NCBI GenBank assembly: GCA_965277685.1
Contig: OZ255830.1
Location: 1,553,650-1,617,649 of the forward strand
Reading direction: 5' to 3'
DNA length: 64,000 bases
DNA from: Alphaproteobacteria bacterium
GTDB taxonomy: Bacteria; Pseudomonadota; Alphaproteobacteria; GM7ARS4; CBDIDI01
Shown here: piece by piece, positions 9,625 to 20,300 of the stretch
Layout: each line of letters starts with the position of its first letter
How positions within the stretch are numbered: the first letter of the stretch is position 1
Position numbers and translations under genes: made by a program
The notes under the pieces: generated by a model
Database searches by the model: none
Seen by the model: the letters and a program-made list of their open reading frames with translations, nothing else
Told to the model about the DNA's origin: nothing

Positions 9625-11798
9625 GTTCGGCGTTCGATAAACTCGCGCGACCGCTGCAAAAATGGATTCGCGCACAAGTTTGGCAGGAATTGCGCGATAT
9701 TCAAGTCCGTGCGATTCATGCCATATCCGACACTCGGACGGATATCATCATCGCAGCATCGACGGCCGGGGGAAAAACCGAGGCCGCTTTTTTTCCGCTG
9801 ATCAGTCAGGTTTTGAATGCGCCGGTCGAGGAAAACGGCTTCGACGTGCTTTATATCGGTCCACTCAAGGCCCTGATCAATGACCAAGCACGGCGTCTGG
9901 AAGATTTTTGCCTCGAGACGGATCTGCCCGTGGTTCCATGGCATGGAGATGCGTCGGCATCGATCAAGTCGCAAGCGTTGAAACGTCCCAAAGGAATTGT
10001 GCTCATCACCCCCGAATCCTTAGAGGCGCTGTTCATTCGGCGCGGTCTTGAAATCGCCCGGTTGTTTGCAGCAACACGGGCAGTCGTGATCGATGAATTG
10101 CATTCCTTTCTCGATAGCGAGCGGGGCATTCAAGTGCAATCCCTTCTCACGCGATTGGAACTTGCGGTTAAACGACCGATTCGCCGCATCGGCTTGTCTG
10201 CGACACTGGGTGATATGAAACTGGCCCGCGATTATCTGCGCCCGCATGCTTCCGAAGATATAAAGATTATCGAAGCGGATGGAGAATCCTCCGAAATAAA
10301 GCTGAAACTGCGTGGCTATATTCAAGATCAGGAAGAAAATACGCTTTCGGCAACGGACACGATCGCAGAGCACATTTTCCGCTGTTTCCGTGGCAGCGAC
10401 AATCTCGTTTTCGCCGGCACGCGGAAATCGGTGGAAATTTACGCCGATTGTCTGCGCAAACGTTGTGAAAATGCCCATCTTCCCCAGGAGTTCTATCCGC
10501 ACCATGGGAGCTTGTCGCGCGACCATCGCAATTTCGTCGAAAAAAGATTGAAAGACGGCACGCAGCCTACGACAGCGATGTGCACTTCGACTCTGGAGCT
10601 GGGAATCGATATCGGCGATGTGACTCGTGTGGGACAAATCGGCGCACCGTTCAGTGTCGCATCCCTGCGGCAAAGATTAGGCAGATCCGGCCGTCGCGAG
10701 GGAGAGCCGGCAATTTTGCACCAGTATGCCGTCGAAGCCAAGCTATCCGCGCAAAGCAATTTTTCCGATCAGTTAAGGTTAGGACTCGTGCGGGCAGTGG
10801 CTATGATCGAGCTTCTTTTGAAAAAGTGGTGTGAGCCTCCACAACCGCGAGCCCTTCATTTATCGACCCTTGTCCATCAGATCCTTTCCGTCATCGCCGA
10901 GCGTGGCGGTGCGCCGGCCATGTCAATTTACGCAACCTTATGCGAAAAAGGCCCTTTCAGGCAGTTTAACCGTGCGCTCTTCATCGATGTACTACGGGCA
11001 ATGGGCGACTCAAAAACCAAATTGATCGAACAGGCCGATGACGGCTTTCTGTTATTTGGGCCGGTTGGTGAAAAACTGGTCGAACATTACAAATTCTTCG
11101 CTGTTTTTCAAACTTCTTCAGAATATCGACTAATATCGAATCGAGGAGAACTTGGAACGATTCCCCTCGACAATACGATTGCCCCTGGAATGATGCTGAT
11201 TTTTTCGGGAAGGCGCTGGTTGATACAAAAGATCGATGAGGATAAGCGGGTGGTCATGGTCACCAAAGCAATGGGCGGTGTACCACCACGGTTTGGAGGA
11301 GATCCGGGCAACATCCATGATCAAGTCGTCGAGCGTATGTTTGAGATTCTGGAAGGAGGCGACAAGCCAATCTACATGGATGGCCCTTCGATGGAGATGC
11401 TTGACGAAGCGCGCAGCCATTATGCGCGATTGAATTTTAAGACTAGGCGAATTTCTCAAATGGATAAGACCACATATGTGCTTGCTACGCGATGCGGAAC
11501 GATCAAAACGACGACTCTTGCGCTGACCCTGCGCGGCTGTGGTTTTGCCGTACAGACTCATGACGGGTTTATTGAAGTATCCTGTGGTGATAAAGATAAC
11601 TCTTCGGATCTGATCGATATTCTCAAATCTATTGCCGGCGGAGAGGACGTCGATCCGTTTAAAAGTGATCCCAATCTGATTTTCGAGAAGTTCCACCGGT
11701 ATTTGCCCAAGAAACTCCTCAAAGCGGACGCCTTGTCGACCCGAATCGATGCAAGGGCGTTGCCCGCAGTCTGTCAAGACATTCTTGACGCTCGGTAA
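9621..11798 (+). CDS. sngC: Lhr-like DEAD/DEAH-box helicase (Shango SngC-like)
   Basis: ASTAGGKTEAAF, PLKALINDQ, DELH, SAT, HHGSL, TSTLELGIDIG and QRLGRSGRR; GTGA overlap with the upstream ATPase. Confidence 0.85.
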   Translation: MSSAFDKLARPLQKWIRAQVWQELRDIQVRAIHAISDTRTDIIIAASTAGGKTEAAFFPLISQVLNAPVEENGFDVLYIGPLKALINDQARRLEDFCLETDLPVVPWHGDASASIKSQALKRPKGIVLITPESLEALFIRRGLEIARLFAATRAVVIDELHSFLDSERGIQVQSLLTRLELAVKRPIRRIGLSATLGDMKLARDYLRPHASEDIKIIEADGESSEIKLKLRGYIQDQEENTLSATDTIAEHIFRCFRGSDNLVFAGTRKSVEIYADCLRKRCENAHLPQEFYPHHGSLSRDHRNFVEKRLKDGTQPTTAMCTSTLELGIDIGDVTRVGQIGAPFSVASLRQRLGRSGRREGEPAILHQYAVEAKLSAQSNFSDQLRLGLVRAVAMIELLLKKWCEPPQPRALHLSTLVHQILSVIAERGGAPAMSIYATLCEKGPFRQFNRALFIDVLRAMGDSKTKLIEQADDGFLLFGPVGEKLVEHYKFFAVFQTSSEYRLISNRGELGTIPLDNTIAPGMMLIFSGRRWLIQKIDEDKRVVMVTKAMGGVPPRFGGDPGNIHDQVVERMFEILEGGDKPIYMDGPSMEMLDEARSHYARLNFKTRRISQMDKTTYVLATRCGTIKTTTLALTLRGCGFAVQTHDGFIEVSCGDKDNSSDLIDILKSIAGGEDVDPFKSDPNLIFEKFHRYLPKKLLKADALSTRIDARALPAVCQDILDAR

Positions 11799-12111
11799 GA
11801 CAGCGCCCCGCGATGGTGATGCATCGCAGTAGGAATGATGCACGGCTTTATTAATCTCTTTTCTTGATAAAGCGAACCGCCAACGACGCTTCCCCGCTCG
11901 GAGCCCGCCAGGTCGGCCGAGGTTTCGCCGACCGCGTGGCAGGGCTGACCTGCCATGTTGCGGAAATGGGCGTGCCGGTTGAGCGGGATTCTGCTCCCGG
12001 CGCGCTCCAATCTGCATTACAATGCAGTAGATAGACCTACAGCGAATTTAGCCATTGACATCCGTCTTGCGCGCATCTATTTTCTATAGCGAGAGTTACA
12101 GAGGAATTTTT

Positions 12112-12717
12112 ATGCGCCTTGCTGACGCCTGCACCATCCATACCGGCTATACCGCTCGCGGCAGACTGGAGCCGACGGTCGCGGGGGGCGTGCTCGCAAT
12201 TCAGTTGCGGGACATTTCCGCGGAAGGCCTCGTCGATCCGGAGCGACTCACCCGCATCCAGTTAGAAGACCTGGCCGACCGCTATTTCGTGCGCGCCGGT
12301 GACGTTGTGTTCCGCTCACGGGGCGAACGAAACACAGCGTCCGCCTTGGACGAGCGACTGCGGGAACCAGCTCTTGCAGTGCTGCCCCTGATGGTGCTGC
12401 GCCCGAAGCGTGATGTCGTGACGCCCGAGTATCTAGCTTGGGCGATCAACCAGCCGCCGGCGCAGCGCCACTTCGACATCGCGGCACGTGGCACGAATAT
12501 TCGGATGATCCCCCGATCCAGCCTCGACGACCTCGAACTCGATGTTCCGGACATCGAGACCCAAGAAAAGATTGTCGCGGTCAATGCGCTAGCCGAGCGG
12601 GAGCGGGAGCTATCCCAACTCGCCGCCGAGACACGAAGAAAGATGATGCGCCTGATCCTCGTCGAGCGAGCGAGCAGGATGCGCCCCAAGACGAGGCAGG
12701 AAAGGACGTCCAAATGA
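12112..12717 (+). CDS. Short (single-TRD) type I restriction specificity subunit-like protein
   Basis: GDVVFRSRG, PEYLAWAIN, LDDLELDVPDIETQEKIV followed by a coiled coil, i.e. a half-HsdS; ATGA overlap with hsdM. Confidence 0.75.
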   Translation: MRLADACTIHTGYTARGRLEPTVAGGVLAIQLRDISAEGLVDPERLTRIQLEDLADRYFVRAGDVVFRSRGERNTASALDERLREPALAVLPLMVLRPKRDVVTPEYLAWAINQPPAQRHFDIAARGTNIRMIPRSSLDDLELDVPDIETQEKIVAVNALAERERELSQLAAETRRKMMRLILVERASRMRPKTRQERTSK

Positions 12718-14231
12718 CCGACCAACTCACCCAGCAACAGGTCAACCAGACGGCCTGGGCCGCTTGCGACACCTTCCGGGGCGTCGTCGATGCCGGTCAG
12801 TACAAGGACTACATCCTCGTGATGCTGTTCCTGAAGTACATCTCTGACCACTGGAACGATCACCTCGAAGCCTACCGCAAGAAGCATGTCGGAGATGAAG
12901 TCCGGATCAGCCGCAAGCTGAGGCTCGAGCGTTTCGTCCTGCCAGAAGGTGCCAGCTTCTACGATCTTTATGAAGCGCGGAATGAGGCCAACATCGGCGA
13001 TCGCATCAACATCGCGCTGCAGCGGATCGAAGATACCAACCGCGCCAAGCTCGAAGGCGTGTTCCGCAACATCGACTTCAACTCCGAAGCCAACCTCGGG
13101 CGCGTCAAGGACCGCAACCGGCGGCTCAAGAATGTGCTGGAGGATTTCGCCAAGCCCGCGCTTGATCTGCGCCCCAGCCGGGTGGCCGAAGACATCATCG
13201 GCGAGTGCTACATCTATCTGATCTCGCGGTTTGCCTCCGACGCGGGCAAGAAGGCCGGCGAGTTCTACACGCCCTCCGCCGTTTCCCGCTTGCTGGCGAA
13301 ACTGGCAGCTCCCAAGCCGGGTGATACGATCTGCGACCCGGCCTGCGGGTCCGGATCGCTACTGATCCGGGCGGCCGAGGAAGTCGGGTCCAAGAACTTC
13401 GCCCTGTACGGCCAGGAAGTGAACGGCGCGACATGGGCGCTGGCGCGGATGAACATGTTTCTCCACGCCAAGGACGCCGCGCGCATCGAGTGGTGCGACA
13501 CGCTCAACAGCCCCGCTCTGGTCGAGGGCGATCACCTGATGAAGTTTGACGTGGTGGTGGCCAATCCCCCGTTCAGCCTCGACAAATGGGGTGCGGAGAA
13601 CGCGGACATCGACCAGTTCAAGCGCTTCTGGCGCGGCATCCCGCCGAAGTCGAAGGGCGACTACGGCTTCATCACCCACATGATCGAAATCGCCAAGCGC
13701 CAGAGCGGCCGGGTGGCCGTCATCGTTCCGCATGGCGTGCTGTTTCGGGGCGGAGGCGAAGGGCGGATCCGGCAAGCGCTGATCGAAGAGAACCTGCTCG
13801 ACGCAGTGGTCGGGCTGCCCGCCAACCTGTTCACGACCACTGGCATTCCGGTGGCCATTCTGGTCTTCGACCGCTCCCGCGAACAGGGCGGCGCCAACGA
13901 GGCGCGGCGCGATGTCCTGTTCATCGACGCCGGCAAGGAGTTCACCCCGGGCAAGACCCGGAACGTGATGGACGAGGCGCATATTGGCAAGGTGCTTGGG
14001 ACCTATGCCACACGGGCGGAGATCGAGAAATACTCCCACCGCGCCAGCCCTGAAGAAATCGCCGAGAACGACTTCAACCTCAACATTCCCCGCTACGTCG
14101 ACACCTTTGAGCCGGAGGAGGAAATCGACATCACTGCCCTGCAGAAGCAGATCAATACGATCGAGGCCGAGCTGGCCGAGGTGCGCGGGAAGATGGCCGG
14201 CTACCTAAAGGATCTGGGCGTCGATGTCTGA
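12714..14231 (+). CDS. hsdM: Type I R-M methyltransferase subunit (N6-adenine)
   Basis: AWAACDTFRG, GEFYTP, DPACGSG (motif I), NPPF (motif IV), NLNIPRYV. Confidence 0.95.
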   Translation: MTDQLTQQQVNQTAWAACDTFRGVVDAGQYKDYILVMLFLKYISDHWNDHLEAYRKKHVGDEVRISRKLRLERFVLPEGASFYDLYEARNEANIGDRINIALQRIEDTNRAKLEGVFRNIDFNSEANLGRVKDRNRRLKNVLEDFAKPALDLRPSRVAEDIIGECYIYLISRFASDAGKKAGEFYTPSAVSRLLAKLAAPKPGDTICDPACGSGSLLIRAAEEVGSKNFALYGQEVNGATWALARMNMFLHAKDAARIEWCDTLNSPALVEGDHLMKFDVVVANPPFSLDKWGAENADIDQFKRFWRGIPPKSKGDYGFITHMIEIAKRQSGRVAVIVPHGVLFRGGGEGRIRQALIEENLLDAVVGLPANLFTTTGIPVAILVFDRSREQGGANEARRDVLFIDAGKEFTPGKTRNVMDEAHIGKVLGTYATRAEIEKYSHRASPEEIAENDFNLNIPRYVDTFEPEEEIDITALQKQINTIEAELAEVRGKMAGYLKDLGVDV

Positions 14232-15240
14232 GGGCGAATTGATCCTTTACAGCACCGAGGATGGCGCCGCGACCATTGGGCTGCGGGCCGTGGACGGCAC
14301 GGTCTGGCTGACCCAGCTGGAGATGGCCGAGCTGTTCGACACCTCCAAGCAGAACGTCAGCCTGCACATCAACAGCATCCTGTCCAAGAGGGAGCTGGCG
14401 GCGGATTCAGTTGTCAAGGAATCCTTGACAACTGCAGCGGACGGCAAGGCCTACCGCACGAAGGTCTACAATCTGGACGCCATTCTGGCGGTGGGTTACC
14501 GCGTCCGCTCCCCGCGCGGCACCCAGTTCCGCCGTTGGGCCACCACGGTCCTGCGCGAATACCTGGTCAAGGGCTTCGCCATGGACGATGCCCGGCTGAA
14601 ACAGGCCGAGCAATGGGACTATTTCGACGAGTGGCTTGCCCGCATCAGGGACATCCGGGCCTCGGAGAAGCGCTTCTATCAGAAGGTGCGCGACCTCTAC
14701 ACAACCGCCATCGACTACGACAAGACGTCCGAACAGGCGCAGGCCTTCTTCAAGAAGGTGCAGAACAAGATGCTCTGGGCGATTACGGGCAAGACGGCCG
14801 CCGAACTGATCGAAAGCCGCGGCGACCCGGCGGCGCCCAACATGGGCCTGACCAGCTGGAAAGGATCGGTCGTGCGCAAGGGCGATGTCGGCACCGCCAA
14901 GAACTACCTCAAGGCCAAGGAGGTCGAGGAACTCAACCGCATCGTCGTGATGTACCTCGACTATGCCGAGGACCAGGCCAGGCGCCGCCGCCCGGTGACC
15001 ATGGCCGAATGGGCCGACAAGCTCGACGCATTCCTGTCCTTCAACGAGCGCGACGTGCTGACCCATGCCGGTCGACTACGGATGGACGTGGCCCAGAAGC
15101 TGGCCGTCAAGCGGTTCGAGATGTTCGACGCCAACCGCCGCGCCGCCGAGGCTTTGGCGGCAGATGAAGCCGACATCGCCCGGCTGGAGGAGATGGAGAA
15201 AGCCGCCAAGGGTCGGAAGAAGGGGGGCGACGATGCGTGA
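14224..15240 (+). CDS. rhuM: RhuM virulence-family DNA-binding protein
   Basis: TVWLTQLEMAELF, YNLDAILAVGYRVRSPRGTQFRRWAT, IRDIRASEKRFY, AKNYL. Confidence 0.9.
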   Translation: MSEGELILYSTEDGAATIGLRAVDGTVWLTQLEMAELFDTSKQNVSLHINSILSKRELAADSVVKESLTTAADGKAYRTKVYNLDAILAVGYRVRSPRGTQFRRWATTVLREYLVKGFAMDDARLKQAEQWDYFDEWLARIRDIRASEKRFYQKVRDLYTTAIDYDKTSEQAQAFFKKVQNKMLWAITGKTAAELIESRGDPAAPNMGLTSWKGSVVRKGDVGTAKNYLKAKEVEELNRIVVMYLDYAEDQARRRRPVTMAEWADKLDAFLSFNERDVLTHAGRLRMDVAQKLAVKRFEMFDANRRAAEALAADEADIARLEEMEKAAKGRKKGGDDA

Positions 15241-16438
15241 GGGGTGGAAGCTAAAGCCGCTTGGAGACCTCGTGCGCATCGCGTCCGGCCAAGTCGATCC
15301 AAAGGATACTGAAATCGCTCGAAAGCTCAGTGTCGGCCCGGATAATCTGCGCTCTGGAGGAGGACTGGAGACGGCGGGCGTAAAAACTGCCGGCGAACTC
15401 GAGCAGATTTCTGGCAAGTATGCGTTCGATCGGAATGCGATTCTTTACTCGAAGATCCGACCAAACTTGAACAAGATTGCTCTTGTCGATTTCGACGGCA
15501 TCTGTAGTGCCGATATGTACCCAATATGGGTGCGTGATGATCGCCAAGCTGTCCGCGATTTCATTTTCTATGTGATGAACTCTGAGCGTTTTGTGGCCGA
15601 CGCCACTTCCCGCTCGTTCCGAACGGGGCTGCCAAAAATCAATCGACCGGATCTCGAGAGCATTGAGGTCCTGCTCCCCCCGCTCTCCGAGCAGCGCAAG
15701 ATCGCCGAAATCCTGCGGACATGGGACGCGGCCATCGAAAAGCTGGAGGCACTGCGGGCGGCGAACCTTCAACGTCGTATCTGGCTGCGCTCTCACCTGT
15801 TCACGGGGCGTACGCGGCTGCCCGGTTGCACGGGCGAATGGCGCGAGGTCAAACTCGGCGAGGTGCTGACCGAACACGGGCTGCGAGGCACTGGCGCGGA
15901 GGAGGTCTTTTCCGTGTCGGTTCACAAGGGTCTGATCAATCAGATCGAGCACCTTGGCCGTTCCTTCGCCGCCGCAGAAACCGGCCATTACAACCGCGTA
16001 CTGCCAGGCGATATCGTTTACACCAAGAGCCCGACCGGAGAATTCCCGCTCGGCATCATCAAGCAGAGCAAAATCTCGGCAGAGGTGATCGTGTCGCCGC
16101 TCTACGGGGTGTTCACCCCCGCGACCCGCGCGCTCGGCGTGATCCTCGACGCCCTGTTCGAGTCTCCGATTGCCGTGCGCAACTACCTGCACCCGCTGGT
16201 GCAGAAAGGTGCCAAGAACACCATCGCGATCACCAACCGCCGTTTCCTGGAAGGTAAACTGACCCTGCCGATGGACCCCGCAGAACAATCCGCCATCGCT
16301 GCGGTGGTGGAAGTATCGCAAGCCGAACTCACCGCCATCGAGGCGGAAATCGAAGCCCTCCAGCGCCAGAAGCGCGGCCTGATGCAGAAGCTGCTGACGG
16401 GCGAGTGGCGGGTAAAGGTGGAGGGGGCCGGTGCCTGA
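15233..16438 (+). CDS. hsdS: Type I R-M specificity subunit (two TRDs)
   Basis: MREGWKLKPLG start; central PPLSEQRKIAEIL; C-terminal KRGLMQKLLTGEWRV. Confidence 0.92.
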   Translation: MREGWKLKPLGDLVRIASGQVDPKDTEIARKLSVGPDNLRSGGGLETAGVKTAGELEQISGKYAFDRNAILYSKIRPNLNKIALVDFDGICSADMYPIWVRDDRQAVRDFIFYVMNSERFVADATSRSFRTGLPKINRPDLESIEVLLPPLSEQRKIAEILRTWDAAIEKLEALRAANLQRRIWLRSHLFTGRTRLPGCTGEWREVKLGEVLTEHGLRGTGAEEVFSVSVHKGLINQIEHLGRSFAAAETGHYNRVLPGDIVYTKSPTGEFPLGIIKQSKISAEVIVSPLYGVFTPATRALGVILDALFESPIAVRNYLHPLVQKGAKNTIAITNRRFLEGKLTLPMDPAEQSAIAAVVEVSQAELTAIEAEIEALQRQKRGLMQKLLTGEWRVKVEGAGA

Positions 16439-17162
16439 TTTCTCCGATTTCATCGTCTATGCTGATGAGAGCGGCGACCACGGGCTTGTCAGCATAGACC
16501 CGCAATACCCGGTCTTCGCGCTGACCTTCTGTGTGATGCGCAAGGCCGACTATTCCGGCACTGTCGTACCTGCCGTGCAGAGCTTCAAGTTCGGCATCTG
16601 GGGACATGACGCGCTCATCCTGCACGAGCACGAAATCCGCAAGAGCAAGGGCCCCTTCGCCATATTGATGACCGACCGTGCCTTGCGCGAGCGCTTCTAC
16701 GACGGCTTGAACGGCCTGATCGAAGCAGCGCCCATGACCATCTTTGCATCCGTTATCAACAAGGAACGGCTGCGGGCCAAATATGCCAATCCCTGGAACC
16801 CGTATGAGATCGCCCTGCTGTTCTGCATGGAACGGCTGCACGGCATGCTCACGGCCGAAAACCAGCACGGCAAGACCGTGCACGTGATCTTCGAGAGCCG
16901 GGGCAAGAAGGAGGATGCGGAACTCGAGCTGGAGTTCCGCCGGATCGCGGGGAATGACGGCCACTGGGGCTACGAGCGCCACGACTTCAGCCGGTTCGAT
17001 TTCCAGCCCGTGTTCATGTCGAAGGCTGCCAACGCGTCCGGGTTGCAGCTGGCGGACCTGACAGCAAGGCCGATCGCCCTGTCGCAGCTGCGACAGGGCC
17101 AGCCGAACCGCGCGTTCGACATCATCCGGCCCAAGCTGAGAGAGCTCAAATGCTTCCCCTAA
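16431..17162 (+). CDS. DUF3800 domain protein
   Basis: N-terminal VYADESGD and C-terminal GLQLADLTARPI (DE...QxxD signature); LHEHEIRK. Confidence 0.85.
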   Translation: MPDFSDFIVYADESGDHGLVSIDPQYPVFALTFCVMRKADYSGTVVPAVQSFKFGIWGHDALILHEHEIRKSKGPFAILMTDRALRERFYDGLNGLIEAAPMTIFASVINKERLRAKYANPWNPYEIALLFCMERLHGMLTAENQHGKTVHVIFESRGKKEDAELELEFRRIAGNDGHWGYERHDFSRFDFQPVFMSKAANASGLQLADLTARPIALSQLRQGQPNRAFDIIRPKLRELKCFP

Positions 17163-17178
17163 GCGCTTGTTCCGCCAA

Positions 17179-17242
17179 GAAAAACAAAAGGGCCCCGGAA
17201 GCTCCAAGACCCTCATGTCGACCGGGAAATTCCCAATCCTTT
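17179..17242 (-). ncRNA. Putative small structured RNA downstream of and convergent with the DUF3800 gene (DUF3800 RNA motif-like)
   Basis: Minus strand reads GGAUU-GGGAAUUUCCC-GGUCGACAUG-AGGGUCUUGGA-GCU-UCCGGGGCCCU-UUUGUUUUU. The second stem has three G.U pairs that work only on the minus strand and is followed by a U tract. Confidence 0.55.
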
Positions 17243-17304
17243 GACATATACATAACCACGAAACCCCTTTCGTGCAAGTTAATCCGCAGGCGGGAGTGCT
17301 GCCA

Positions 17305-20300
17305 ATGACCTTCGACGCCGCCGAAAAGCACCAGTCCCAGATCCCCGCCCTGCAGCTCCTCGTGGCGCTGGGATTCACGCCGCTGTCCCAGGCCGAGGCA
17401 GTGCGCCTGCGCGGCGGCCGCTTGCGCAACGTGGTGCTCGACGAGGTGCTGGCCGACCAGTTGCTGAAGATCAATCGCTTCACCCACCGGGGACGGGACT
17501 ATCCGTTCGACCTCGAGGATGCGCATGAGGCCATTCGCCGGCTGAAGCCCACGCCCGACCGGCAAAAGGGCCTGCGCGGCACCAACCAGGATATCTACGA
17601 CACCCTCGTCCTCGGCACGACCATCACCAAGACGATCCAGGGGGACTCCAAGTCCTATTCGTTCCGCTACATCGATTGGGAAACACCGGCGAACAACGTC
17701 TATCACGTGACGGCCGAACTCTCCGTCGAGCGCACGGCCAGCACCCGGACCAAGCGGTGCGATATCGTCGCTTACGTGAACGGCATCCCGTTCCTCGTGA
17801 TCGAGAACAAGCGGCCGACCGAGAGCCTGAAGAAGGCCGGTAGCCAGCTGATCGGCTATCAGAACGAAGGCAGCATCCCGCAGCTGTTCCATTTCGCGCA
17901 GCTTCTCATGGTGATGAACCGTGTCAAGGCGCGCTACGCCACAGTGGGCACATCGTGGCCGTTCTGGCAGATGTGGCGGGATGAGGAAGATCGGGACGAG
18001 ACCATCGACCCTCTGGCCAATCGGCCTCTCACGGTGGACGAGGCCGATGCGGTGTTCTCGGGCGATTTTGCCTTTGCGCGTGCCCATTTCGAGGCTCTGG
18101 CGGCAGAGGGTCCGCGCGCGATCACAGCGCAGGACCGCGCCATTCATGCATTGTGTCGACCCGAACGCCTGTTGGACCTGATCCGTCGTTTCACCGTGTT
18201 CGATGGCGGCAAACGCAAGGTCGCGCGCCACCAGCAGTTCTTCGGGATCCGCAGGGCCGTCGAACGGGTTCACCAGTTCAATCTGGACGGCCGCCGCAAG
18301 GGTGGCGTGATCTGGCACACCCAGGGGTCGGGCAAGTCGCTGACCATGGTGATGCTGGGGCGCTCTCTCGCGCTCGACAAGGCCATCCCCAATCCGCGCA
18401 TTCTGATCGTCACCGACCGCGACGATCTCGACAAGCAGATCAAGGACACGTTCAAGTCCTGCGAGCTGGAACCTGTACGAGCGACCAGCGGCGCCCATCT
18501 GATCGAGCTGATCCGGAACCGGACACCACTCGTGACGACCATCATCAACAAGTTCAATACGGCGGCCAAAGCCGCCGAGGACGTCGACGAGGATGCCAAC
18601 GTTTTCGTCCTGGTCGATGAGAGCCATCGCTCGCAGACCGGCCGTTATGGCGGCCACAGCCAGCTCGCCACCCGGATGCGCCGTCTGCTGCCAAAGGCCT
18701 GCTATCTCGGCTTTACCGGAACACCGCTCCTGAAGAAGGAGAAGAATACGTTTTCGACCTTCGGCGGCCTGATCCACAAATACACGATCGACGAGGCCGT
18801 CGCCGACGGCGCCGTCGTGAAGCTGCTCTATGAGGGCCGGTTTGTTGAGCAGCAGGTCAATGGCGGCGTGATCGACAAGGAGTTCGACAAGATCAGCGAA
18901 GTTCTGACCGACAGTCAGAAAGCCGACCTGAAGCGCAAGTTCTCGCGCATGGACGCCCTGTCGAAGACCGACAAGGCGATCCGGGCGAAAGCCTTCGACA
19001 TCTCGGAGCACTTCCGCCGGCACTGGCAAGGCACGGGGTTCAAGGCACAGCTTGTGGCGCCGTCCAAGGCGGCAGCTGTCCGCTTCAAGGAGGTGCTCGA
19101 CGAAATCGGGCATGTCACCAGCGAAATCGTCATCTCGCCGCCCAATGACAACGAGGGCAACGAGGAGGTCGACAAGGAATCGAAGGACCTCGTGCGCGGC
19201 TTCTGGGCGCGCATGATGGCGCATTATAAGACCGAGGACAAATACACCCGGCAGATCATCGAGGCGTTCAAGGGCTCGGGCGATCCGGAGATTCTTATCG
19301 TCGTTTCAAAGCTACTGACCGGTTTCGATGCGCCGCGCAACACCGTTCTCTATGTCTGCAAATCGCTCCGCGAACATAACCTGCTGCAGGCGATCGCCCG
19401 CGTAAACCGGCTCTACGAGGACGGTGCGACCGAGAAGCAGTTGGGCCTCATCATCGACTATGAGGGACTGCTCGGAGAACTCGACACGGCGCTGACGACC
19501 TACAGCGCCTTCGAGGGTTTCGATGCCGCCGATCTTGCCGGCACGGTCCACGACGTGCGCGAGGAAATCCGGAAGCTGCCCCAGCTGCACGATCAACTCT
19601 GGGATCTGTTCAAGCCGGTCGAGAACAAGAAGGACATGGAGAAGTTGGAACAGTTCCTGGCCGATGAGGCGATCCGGCAGGAATTCTATGAACGACTGAA
19701 GGCGTTCAGCCGCTGCCTGCACATCTCGCTATCGTCGAGCAAGCTTATCGACGTCTTCGACAAGGAGAAGATCGCCGCCATGAAGCTGGACTGGAAGCAG
19801 TTCTCCAAGCTGCGGCGCTCGGTTCGGCTGCGCTACCAGGAGACCGTCGACATCAAGGAGTTCGAGCCGAAGATCCAGAAGCTGCTCGACGACCATGTGG
19901 GTGCCATGCCGGCCGAGACGATCATCGAGATGGTCAACATCAACGACCCGGACGCGCTGAAAGCCGTGGTCAAGGAAACGGGTGTCTCCGAGGCGTCAAG
20001 GGCGGACCGGATCGCCAGCGCGACGCGGCGGACCATCACCGAAAAGATGGACGAGGACCCGACCCTCTACCGCAAGTTCTCGGAGCTGCTGGAGGAAATA
20101 ATCCGCGACTACCGGGCCAAGCGGATTTCCGGGCGGGATTACCTCAAGAACACTGTCGATCTGGCGAGCAAGGTCGCGCGCAAGGACCGGGGGCGCGAGG
20201 TGCCGGATGCGATCAAGGGCAACGACAATGGGCAGGCGTTTTTCGGGATCCTCGAAGGCGCGCTCAAGACCGATGACGGCAAACCAATCGAGGCGGATGA

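Noticed and set aside
8320-11798. BREX system
   Set aside because: The BrxD-like ATPase and helicase are present, but there is no pglZ/pglX/brxC; the TerB partner fits Shango.
17146-19224. 692-aa minus-strand ORF and other long antisense ORFs in the track
   Set aside because: Shadows of GC-rich genes (hsdR, hsdS and others) with no recognisable motifs.
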